Source of the DNA: Armatimonadota bacterium | Lineage (GTDB): Bacteria; Armatimonadota; UBA5829; DTLH01 | Direction: 5' to 3' | DNA length: 24,026 nucleotides | Assembly: GCA_038207085.1 (NCBI GenBank) | Contig: JBBRAE010000038.1 | Span: 1-24,026 of the forward strand | Shown here: piece after piece, positions 1 to 7,200 of the stretch | Position numbering within the stretch: the first letter of the stretch is position 1 | How the letters are laid out: every line of letters begins with the position of its first letter | Notes under the pieces: generated by a model | Told to the model about the DNA's origin: nothing | Databases searched by the model: none | Seen by the model: only the letters and a program-made list of their open reading frames with translations | Program-made: the position numbers and the translations under genes

Positions 1-105
1 ACGGTAGACGCGCTGATCGACTCCGCCCACCACGCGCTAAACCGCGCCAAGTTCTCAGGCAAAAACCGGGTGCGAAGCTGCCACGAACTCGCCAAAGCCA
101 GTTAG
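1..105 (+). CDS. C-terminal end of a GGDEF-domain (diguanylate cyclase-like) protein, truncated by the window edge
   Basis: Frame 1 reads TVDALIDSAHHALNRAKFSGKNRVRSCHELAKAS*, matching the GGDEF C-terminal pattern L..AD.ALY.AK..G(K/R)NRV; stop TAG at 103-105. Confidence 0.65.
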   Translation, partial: TVDALIDSAHHALNRAKFSGKNRVRSCHELAKAS

Positions 106-138
106 CCCGCTTTATTCGCTTCTCGAATAAAGCTTTCG
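106..138. repeat. Half copy (module A, 33 bp) of the 73-bp double-hairpin element; probable bidirectional terminator between convergent genes
   Basis: CCCGCTTTATTCG-CTTCT-CGAATAAAGCTTTCG flanked by TTAG (102-105) and CTAG (139-142); 10-bp perfect stem; matches the first 33 bp of the full copies apart from the loop. Confidence 0.9.
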
Positions 139-1053
139 CTAGAGCGCCTCTTCCAAATACTTCTCCGTCGAGTTCGCCGCGATCGCCCCGTCGGCGCAGG
201 CGGTTACGATCTGGCGGAAGCTTTTCACACGCACGTCCCCTGCTGCAAACACTCCAGGGATGTTGGTGCGCATATCCGGGTCGGTCGGGATATTGCCGAA
301 GCCGTCGATCTCGATCTGTCCACCAAGAAACGCCGTGTCGGGCTCTTGGCCGATCAAGACAAAGACGCCGTCGACCGCGAGGTTTGAAAGCCCCTCGCTT
401 TTCAGGTTCTTGACAGTCAGCTTCTCGACCGCCGGGCTGCCGTGGATACCTTCAACGACGCTGTCCCAGAGCACTCGAATTCTCGGGTTGGCGAGCGCGC
501 GCTCCTGGATGATCTTGGTAGCGCGGAACTTGTCGCGACGGTGGATAATCGTCACGTCGTCCGCAAATCGTGTAAGGTAGATGGAGTCCTCGACCGCCGT
601 ATCCCCTCCCCCTATCACCGCGACGCGCTTGCCCTTGAAGAACGGGCCGTCGCATGTCGCGCAGTAGGAGACGCCTCTGCCCTGGCACTCGTTTTCGCCG
701 GGAACACCAAGCCTGCGGGGTTTTGCGCCGGTTGCGATGATGACCGCTTTGGCTCGCTTCTCCCCTTCTGAAGTGACGACGACTTTGTCGGGCCGCGCGA
801 AATCGACCGCGGCGATGTCCGACATCAAAATCCGCGCGCCGAACTTCTCAGCCTGCTCCTGCATCGACATGCAGAGCTCAGGCCCCGTGATCCCGTTGGG
901 GAACCCGGGGTAGTTTTCTATGAACTCCGAGATCATCATCAGCCCGCCGGGAAATGTCTTCTCGATGAGCAGCGTGTCCATCCTGGACCGCGCGCAATAA
1001 GTCGCCGCCGCCAGCCCAGCCGGTCCGCCTCCGATTATAATAACGTCGTGCAG
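139..1053 (-). CDS. trxB: Thioredoxin-disulfide reductase (about 304 aa, probable CTG start)
   Basis: CATC redox motif, VIGGGDTA NADPH motif, PGVFAAGD. Extending upstream of the ORF-track Met gives LHDVIIIGGGPAGLAAA (FAD-binding motif) starting at CTG 1053-1051, with GGAGGG 7 nt upstream. Confidence 0.95.
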   Translation of the reverse strand: MHDVIIIGGGPAGLAAATYCARSRMDTLLIEKTFPGGLMMISEFIENYPGFPNGITGPELCMSMQEQAEKFGARILMSDIAAVDFARPDKVVVTSEGEKRAKAVIIATGAKPRRLGVPGENECQGRGVSYCATCDGPFFKGKRVAVIGGGDTAVEDSIYLTRFADDVTIIHRRDKFRATKIIQERALANPRIRVLWDSVVEGIHGSPAVEKLTVKNLKSEGLSNLAVDGVFVLIGQEPDTAFLGGQIEIDGFGNIPTDPDMRTNIPGVFAAGDVRVKSFRQIVTACADGAIAANSTEKYLEEAL

Positions 1054-1091
1054 GGTCGTACCCTCCCGTGAAAAAGTCTCGTATTGAGTAC

Positions 1092-1100
1092 ATTATAGCA
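1092..1100 (-). promoter_or_regulatory. Extended -10 promoter (TGCTATAAT) for trxB
   Basis: Perfect TGnTATAAT on the minus strand about 40 nt upstream of the trxB start. Confidence 0.6.
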
Positions 1101-1187
1101 CGGGGAAGGGCGTTTGGGGGATATGGCTAGCTTCCCTTTGCTGTAGTACGGCCCTTTGATTTGTGTAGCGCGCACCCTTCGAGAGCC

Positions 1188-1749
1188 TCAGGGTGAGGGG
1201 TTGGCTTGGGTGGAGGTGTGAGAGATTGTGCCGCGCGCAGAGGCCCGACGAAATGTCAAAATCAGCGCCCCGAGCCCGATCACGAGCACCACCAGACGAA
1301 CAAGCCCTCCAAGAATCGGGATCGAGCCCAGTATATAGATAATCAAAAGCCCGATCAAAAGGTGTATCCATATCGACTGACCCTTAAGAATCATCGAACC
1401 AAGCGCAACCGCGGCGACGATCATCGCGACCATCAGTGACACTATGTAGGCAAATGTCACAGCCACCCCAAGCGGGATTCCAACGATGGTGAGAATTGCG
1501 ATCATCGCTGCAATCGGCGTGACAACAAGGGAGATCAACCCCCAAATCGCCGACCGACCCGGAAGCCGCGCCGCGTTTGACGCTGCCTGTGAAGTTTGCA
1601 TCGACTGTGATGTTGTTCCCCGCTGCCACCAGGTCATCAGGAATCGGCGTTCCCGCAGAAAGCACCACGTTCTGGTTGGCGAACTGCTAAAAACCAAACG
1701 CCGAGGCGGCAAGTATCATAAAGAAAAGCACAAACACGGCTGTTTTCAT
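1188..1749 (-). pseudogene. Decayed membrane-protein gene (signal peptide, remnant of a bactofilin/beta-helix-like N-terminal region, multi-TM C-terminal domain)
   Basis: ATG 1749 (AGGAGG upstream) gives signal peptide MKTAVFVLFFMILAASAFGF, then in-frame TAG (1689-1687), then QFANQNVVLSAGTPIPDDLVAAGNNITVDANF. The hydrophobic C-terminal part (SAIWGLISLVVTP...IVGIPLG...IPILGGLV) is in another frame from about 1590. Confidence 0.65.
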
Positions 1750-1751
1750 AC

Positions 1752-2288
1752 TCAAGCAACCTCCTTTTCGAGCGTTTCAGAGAGCCTGCGCAGCCACTCT
1801 CTGAGCTGCGGACGGATAACGCCAGTCGCAGCAGGCCCCGCAAACCTTCCGGCAATCGGGGCGTCCACCAAGTGTTCACTCCTAAGACGGGCGACGCAGC
1901 CGCGCCCCTGAACCTTGAAAGTGATCTCTCCGTCCTCTCGAAAACCAAAAGCTCCCCTGACGGTCGTCCATCTGACTACAGGCGGCGAGCCTTCCCTCCA
2001 CTTCCGGTAGCGCACCGACAGAGGAAGCAGCCTTGCCGCCTGGACTTCGTAGGTCACCTCTTTCGGTTCGCGGCCAAGGATCTTCACCCCGGAGATGATC
2101 GGGATAAACTCAGGCTCGCGCTCGACCTGCATGATGAGGTCGATCACCCACTCGGGTGAGGCCGGCATATATTGTTCGAGCTCTACGATTTCTTTCTTCC
2201 GTTCGGCCAGAGCATCAAGGGCAAGCAGCACCGCCCCGGTGGCTATCCCGGCGGCCAACGACAGGCCGGACTTTCGTTCCATTGGCAT
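1752..2288 (-). CDS. SRPBCC (START/polyketide cyclase-like) family protein with N-terminal membrane anchor
   Basis: 178-aa ORF with GGGAGGG RBS, hydrophobic N-terminus, and the pattern PASPEWV.DLI..VE..PEFIP.I..VKIL typical of SRPBCC domains. Confidence 0.6.
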   Translation of the reverse strand: MPMERKSGLSLAAGIATGAVLLALDALAERKKEIVELEQYMPASPEWVIDLIMQVEREPEFIPIISGVKILGREPKEVTYEVQAARLLPLSVRYRKWREGSPPVVRWTTVRGAFGFREDGEITFKVQGRGCVARLRSEHLVDAPIAGRFAGPAATGVIRPQLREWLRRLSETLEKEVA

Positions 2289-2473
2289 ACCCTCCCGACA
2301 AGCTTTTGCCCAGTGGAGAGGGATGGGAAACGAACTTCCTTGAGCGCACAGAGAGGCTTGCAGCCTGTGAATCGTTATCCTCGCAAAACTGCGAGTAGAT
2401 AACTGAGGCCATCGTGGTATATACTGTCATTAACTACAATTCCATGCTCGCTTGATTGAGCACTCTGGAGACT

Positions 2474-3784
2474 ATGAAGACGATCAAAGATGTGATGACG
2501 CCTGACGTGGTGTGGGTCAGCCCGTCGGCTCAGGCAAAAAGCGCGATGTTCCTCCTGAAAGGACACGGGATAGATGCACTTCCCGTGGTGTATTCGCACG
2601 ACTCCGTCGTCGGGATCGTCTACTGCTCAAGCCTCCTCGGTCACGGACTCGAAACGCCCGTGATGGAGATCATGAGCAAGGAGTTCACCACCGTCACCCC
2701 GGATATGCCCGTCTACCAGGCCGCCGACCTGATGAAGTCCACTGGGCGAAGCCACATCCTTGTTGTCGAGTCTGGAACGCTTGTGGGAATCGTCTCGCGA
2801 AGCGACATCATCGACGAACTCGGACGAAGCTACGACACGCTGACCAATCTTCCACTGCAGGACGCCTTTCGCGAGTGGACCATGACCGCGCTTGAAAACG
2901 GGCGGGAGATTTCGATCCTCCTGATCGACCTCGACCAGTTCGGCAGGTTCAACAAGCTCTACGGGCACGTGATGGGCGACAGGGTGCTTCAGGGGGTTGC
3001 TGACGTCTTGAAGGCGGGAGTCGACCCACAAAGAGATTTTCTCGTCCGATACGCGGGCGATGAGTTTGCGATCGGGACCTACAGGCTTGCAACCGAGGCC
3101 TATGAGTTCGGCAAGCAGCTTATGGAGGGCGTGCGACAGATCGAGATACCCGGCCTGCCGGAGCATATCAGCGCGACATTTGGGGCAGCCGGAGGCAGGC
3201 GCGTCGACGGCAGGCAGGACGCCCACTCCGCCGCAACCCTTGACGACCTGATCACAAACGCAAGCCTGAACTGCACGCTTTCCAAGCCTCAGAAGCCGGA
3301 AGCCCCCCAGGAAGCCACAGCCGCAGGCGACCAGCAGCCTGCCCAAGCAGCGAAGCTTGGCGAACGGGCAAGGCTCAAGATCCAGACCATCAGGCTCGCG
3401 ACTACAGCGACCGAAGCGACCTCAGAGGTGATACTCTCGCGCGGAACCGAAGAGTTCGTGCACACCGTCTCAGGCTACTCGATCGGTGGCAGGTCGATGC
3501 TTCGACTTGTGGCCGAAGCTACGGCAGGCGCAGTCTCCAAGTCGCTTTCGAGCGACCACGGGGTAGCGATCGACGAAGTGTCGAGCTTCCAGACCGTCGA
3601 CGAGCGCGAAATGGTGATGGCGATCGCGACATTCGTCACCCCAAGAGGCAGCACGACCCACGCCGGGTGCGCCTTTGTGCGCAGGTCCGACCCCTACAAA
3701 GCCGCCGCCGCCGCAGTGCTATCAGCCCTCAACCGCCAAATCGCCGCCGCACCGTGGGCCGAGATTGCTCTGTCCAGTGAGTAG
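2474..3784 (+). CDS. CBS-pair + GGDEF-like domain protein with extra C-terminal domain
   Basis: Two CBS repeats (IKDVMTPDVVWV...LPVV...VVGIV; VMEIMSKEFTTVTPD...LVGIVSRSDI), then LIDLDQFGRFNKLYGHVMGDRVL and RYAGDEF. Start could alternatively be TTG 2456. Confidence 0.85.
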   Translation: MKTIKDVMTPDVVWVSPSAQAKSAMFLLKGHGIDALPVVYSHDSVVGIVYCSSLLGHGLETPVMEIMSKEFTTVTPDMPVYQAADLMKSTGRSHILVVESGTLVGIVSRSDIIDELGRSYDTLTNLPLQDAFREWTMTALENGREISILLIDLDQFGRFNKLYGHVMGDRVLQGVADVLKAGVDPQRDFLVRYAGDEFAIGTYRLATEAYEFGKQLMEGVRQIEIPGLPEHISATFGAAGGRRVDGRQDAHSAATLDDLITNASLNCTLSKPQKPEAPQEATAAGDQQPAQAAKLGERARLKIQTIRLATTATEATSEVILSRGTEEFVHTVSGYSIGGRSMLRLVAEATAGAVSKSLSSDHGVAIDEVSSFQTVDEREMVMAIATFVTPRGSTTHAGCAFVRRSDPYKAAAAAVLSALNRQIAAAPWAEIALSSE

Positions 3785-3786
3785 TG

Positions 3787-3795
3787 TGGTATAAT
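3787..3795 (+). promoter_or_regulatory. Extended -10 promoter (TGGTATAAT) for the hicAB remnant
   Basis: Perfect TGnTATAAT about 30 nt upstream of the TTG at 3826, which has an AGGGGG RBS. Confidence 0.6.
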
Positions 3796-3825
3796 CTATC
3801 CATCTGACAAGCAGGGGGACTTCCA

Positions 3826-3915
3826 TTGCCGGAATCCCTTCCAAAGGGACTGAAACCCGAAGAACTAGTGCGCGCGCTGGAATCTGCCGGAGGCCTTAGA
3901 CTACTAGGGAGGTAA
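3826..3915 (+). pseudogene. HicA-like toxin remnant (29 aa, internal deletion)
   Basis: TTG start with RBS; MPESLPKGLKPEELVRALESAGGLRLLGR* resembles the HicA N-terminus (LP.....ELVRALE.AG) but lacks the GSH catalytic region; lies 4 nt upstream of a hicB-like gene. Confidence 0.55.
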
Positions 3916-3919
3916 TCGA

Positions 3920-4215
3920 GTGCAGTATACCGTACTTATACATCCCGCCGAAGAGGGCGGTTATTGGTCTGAAGTTCCCGCGCTTTCTGGCTGTTTCTCA
4001 CAGGGCGAAAGCGTGGAGGAGACTCTGAAAAACACCTCAGAAGCAATAGCCCGCTTTATTCGTGAAGCGAATAAAGCTTTCGCTAACAGAGCATTATTCA
4101 CGCTACTCGTGAATAATGCGGGATAGAGTGCCATATTGCCACTCTCAGGGAAGAGGGGCAGGAGGTCAGCGGTGACGCTGGACTTCTGATCGGGCACGTC
4201 GACGTAGCCGCGTAG
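3920..4215 (+). pseudogene. hicB: HicB-family antitoxin interrupted by the 73-bp element
   Basis: N-terminus MQYTVLIHPAEEGGYWSEVPALSGCFSQGESVEETLKNTSEAI is typical HicB-like. Deleting 4050-4126 restores the in-frame continuation ECHIATLREEGQEVSGDAGLLIGHVDVAA* (stop 4213-4215), 72 aa in total. Confidence 0.85.
4050..4122. mobile_element. 73-bp miniature inverted-repeat element (MITE-like), full copy, 4-bp target duplication ATAG
   Basis: ATAG (4046-4049) and ATAG (4123-4126) flank CCCGCTTTATTC...GAATAATGCGGG; terminal repeats match 11/12; identical to the copy at 19852-19924; interrupts hicB. Confidence 0.9.
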
Positions 4216-4235
4216 GCCAACCTCCTCTAAATCCA

Positions 4236-6410
4236 CTACCGAACCACCGCTTGGCTCACCGGAGTGACGATTCGATACTTCGCGGCAAGCTCGGTGGCTT
4301 TCTTGCGCTTTTGCGCGTCGCCCGAAGCGGTCATATCCCACACCTGACTTTGCGCCCAAAGGAGTGATATATCCTCGGAGGATTTGGTAGCGCCTGCCAC
4401 CTTGGAGAGCGGCGCGTGTGTGCGAAAGATCGTCGGAAGTCCGTCTGAGCCGGAAATATAGTCAAAAAACGCCTGCATGTCATCTGCAAGCGTTCCCCTG
4501 CGCGCTATGGGGTGGACCGCGCCCGTGCCGTCGAGCGCGGCAAGGATCCTGTCCTCACCATCTAACACTACAAACGAGAATATCTTCACCTTTCCCGGGT
4601 TGCGCTTGATGCGCTCCAATATCTGGGCGATGGCTTTCTCTGAGCCGATCGGCTGCGGGCCGTGCACCCACAAGACCACACCGTTTTTGCGGCGAAGCGA
4701 CTCATCAACGGCTCGAAGAAGCCCAGGGGCGTTGTCGACACCGCCCTGGCAGCGCACGTGGAGCAGTTTTTTGTTCATGAGCTGAGACGCGGGGATATCC
4801 TGAATAGTGCTCTTAAAAAGAGTTTCCACTTGGTCGGCTGCCAGAAACATCGAAAACGTCGATGTCGGGATATTGGGAAGCGCATTGGCCAGTTCGGGCC
4901 TCCAGGGCCGCATCACGCCAGAGCCATCCACCGCCACCGCAACGTGCTCGACCAGCTTGGGCCGCACTTGGGCGAACATTTCGGCCACACACTCACCGGC
5001 GGGACCGATGGTATCGGGCGACCATATGCGGCTGACCGGCTTCCTCATGGCCATTATGCACCGCTTTTCGCCGCCCAACTCCTCATTGGTTGCCGATGTG
5101 ACGATCCGCCTGTGGTCCTGTCCGCGAGGCTGAGCACCTGTATCGTTACTCTTGAAGTCGATGTCGTTGTTGGAGCGAATATCGAGCGAGTGCTTGAACC
5201 CCTTCGGGATGTCGAAGCGGTAATCGGCAAACTTGGGCAGAGTGCAGACTCCATCAGTGGTAAGCGGCGCGGCAATACCGATGGTTATCTTGGTCCTGCC
5301 CTCGGAAGTGTATCGCAGCAAAAACACCCTGTCCGGCCCAGCCGATGACACGACCACACGCCCGCTCCCCGTCTGAGGAGCCACAAACGCGGCGTCGCGT
5401 GCCTTGCCGTTCTCCCATAGCGTCACTCTTGAGACAACCCCACCGGGCGGAAGCGCGATAATTGCCCCCGTGATGTGGCGGTCAGCTGAGTCCGACGCAA
5501 ACTCCAGAGTCCACTCCATGTGGCTCACGAGCCCTTCGGGGTCGATTGTGACATTGAGCTTGGAAGATGTGATTTTGTCTTTTGTGCCATAGCCGGTCAC
5601 TGCGCGGCTCCCACGAGGAGCGGGAACGGACTCATAGTTGAACCCGGTGACCCGGTAGTAGAGCTCCTGAGCCGTTGTTGACCAGCCCGGCGAGGCGGTA
5701 TAGTCCATGTTTGGCACTATTTGTCGGATCTTCTCATCAGATATATAGACGCTTGGCTTCAGGCCGTGGGCGACCCGCAGCAGTTCGGCCTCGCTGCCAA
5801 ACCTCCGCACGAGTGATGCCGCGCGGGCCTTTGTCTGATCGCTATCTGTGATCATCATATTGAGCCCGACGGCCGTAACGACAACTCCTGTCGTATACAC
5901 AAGCAGAAAAGCAAGTGAAAACGCAAACCCCATGCGGCTGCGCTTGGTCTGATCAGCAGGTTCGAGAAGATCGAGCGCGCGAATCCGTCTGCTGCTTTCA
6001 ATCGACGCCGCAAACGCAAAAAAAGGAGAAAGCCCAAGAAACCCGATACCCCAGAAGAGTATTCCTGCGACCGAGTTCGGTATCATAGGAATGAAAAGCA
6101 GACTATACACTGCCGAGACTGCAACCGATGCACCGGAAAGGGTCGTGACGAGAGACGGCCAGAGGCTTTTCCCGCGCAGGCACGTAATGATTGCTGACAG
6201 GTTTGCGACTGGGATCAGGGCAAACAAAAGCACGTGCCAGAGCGTTGGCAGCGGGTTGAAATAGTTTTTTGCGCAGATGTGCGTCGAGATCTCGACGACA
6301 AGTGTGATCAGAGGCATTACCACCCCAAAGATCAGCACATAGGTCATCCACCGCGCATAGCGGGACTTGGATGCGCCTTTTTCAGCCTGCTGAGTATCGA
6401 TATCGGACAT
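4236..6410 (-). CDS. Integral membrane protein with VIT-like and vWA-like domains
   Basis: 724 aa; about 5 N-terminal TM segments; HMEWTLEF...IALPPGGVVSRVTLWENG (VIT-like); VAVAVDGSGVM (vWA/MIDAS-like); C-terminal AAKYRIVTPVS typical of VIT/vWA proteins. Confidence 0.65.
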   Translation of the reverse strand: MSDIDTQQAEKGASKSRYARWMTYVLIFGVVMPLITLVVEISTHICAKNYFNPLPTLWHVLLFALIPVANLSAIITCLRGKSLWPSLVTTLSGASVAVSAVYSLLFIPMIPNSVAGILFWGIGFLGLSPFFAFAASIESSRRIRALDLLEPADQTKRSRMGFAFSLAFLLVYTTGVVVTAVGLNMMITDSDQTKARAASLVRRFGSEAELLRVAHGLKPSVYISDEKIRQIVPNMDYTASPGWSTTAQELYYRVTGFNYESVPAPRGSRAVTGYGTKDKITSSKLNVTIDPEGLVSHMEWTLEFASDSADRHITGAIIALPPGGVVSRVTLWENGKARDAAFVAPQTGSGRVVVSSAGPDRVFLLRYTSEGRTKITIGIAAPLTTDGVCTLPKFADYRFDIPKGFKHSLDIRSNNDIDFKSNDTGAQPRGQDHRRIVTSATNEELGGEKRCIMAMRKPVSRIWSPDTIGPAGECVAEMFAQVRPKLVEHVAVAVDGSGVMRPWRPELANALPNIPTSTFSMFLAADQVETLFKSTIQDIPASQLMNKKLLHVRCQGGVDNAPGLLRAVDESLRRKNGVVLWVHGPQPIGSEKAIAQILERIKRNPGKVKIFSFVVLDGEDRILAALDGTGAVHPIARRGTLADDMQAFFDYISGSDGLPTIFRTHAPLSKVAGATKSSEDISLLWAQSQVWDMTASGDAQKRKKATELAAKYRIVTPVSQAVVR

Positions 6411-6482
6411 TTACCGTCTCCTTATTGGCCCGAAGTTTCTGAATAGCAGTTGTATGACGACAATTACAGCCCAGTCTGTTCC

Positions 6483-6491
6483 TGCTATAAT
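6483..6491 (+). promoter_or_regulatory. Extended -10 promoter (TGCTATAAT) for the HD-domain gene
   Basis: Perfect TGnTATAAT inside the near-palindrome TGCTAT-A-ATAGCA in the divergent intergenic region. Confidence 0.55.
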
Positions 6492-6528
6492 AGCATACGG
6501 ACTGAATCAATCGAAAGGTTGCACGATT

Positions 6529-7023
6529 TTGACACCGTTCTTGAAAACAAAGCTTACAAAGTCGCTAATCGAGCACTTCGGGGACGACGACCGAAGGATC
6601 GAGCACGCCCTCCGTGTCACATCCTGGGCCGAGCGCATTATGGAAACTGAAGGCGGCGACAGGGAAGTGATTCTCTCCGTCGGCCTGCTCCACGACACCG
6701 GTATCAAGCCCGCCGAAGCCCTTGAGGGCAGTTCATCCGGCAAGCTTCAAGAGAAATATGGCCCCCCGGTCGTCCGATCTATACTCGAGCAGATCGGCCT
6801 CTCCGAAGACAAGATCGTCGAGTCTTGTGAGATCGTAGCCAACCACCACACCCCGTCCGGCATCCCCGGCGCCAACTTCGCCATCCTCTGGGACGCGGAC
6901 ATGCTAGTCAACATCCGTGACGACATAAAGCTCACCGACCCCGAGTCGACCAAGCGCCTGATCGAGCGAAGTTTCAGGACGGAGACTGGGAAACGGCTTG
7001 CGCGGCGGGAATTCGTCGGTTAG
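6529..7023 (+). CDS. HD-domain phosphohydrolase
   Basis: RIEHALRV...GLLHDTG...IVANHH...LWDAD motif set. Start placed at TTG 6529 because it lies downstream of the promoter and a GAAAGG; the ORF track starts at 6454. Confidence 0.8.
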   Translation: MTPFLKTKLTKSLIEHFGDDDRRIEHALRVTSWAERIMETEGGDREVILSVGLLHDTGIKPAEALEGSSSGKLQEKYGPPVVRSILEQIGLSEDKIVESCEIVANHHTPSGIPGANFAILWDADMLVNIRDDIKLTDPESTKRLIERSFRTETGKRLARREFVG

Positions 7024-7049
7024 AGCACCGATGACTACCTTTTCTGTAT

Positions 7050-7110
7050 GCTGCGGGAACGCTTCGTTTCGTCTCACTTCTCAAGTCTAAGAGAGTCTAG
7101 TTCCCGCAGC
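7050..7110. repeat. 11-bp perfect inverted repeat with 39-nt spacer between convergent genes
   Basis: GCTGCGGGAAC (7050-7060) and GTTCCCGCAGC (7100-7110). Confidence 0.6.
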
Positions 7111-7200
7111 GACGGTACAATCTCCCACCATTGCAGGCTGTATGCTACACGCCAAATCTTCAGACACGGCGCGATCTGAGCTAATAGCTAACAGCTCCCC

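Noticed and set aside
1687..1689. In-frame TAG as pyrrolysine or read-through
   Set aside because: The same gene also has a frameshift/deletion, TAG is used as a normal stop throughout, and no pyl genes are visible
4046..4126. Translational bypassing or splicing of the element (matched ATA codons on both sides of hairpins)
   Set aside because: The matched codons are an automatic result of the target duplication, there is no stop codon after the take-off site, and the partner toxin is already dead, so no selection for rescue is evident
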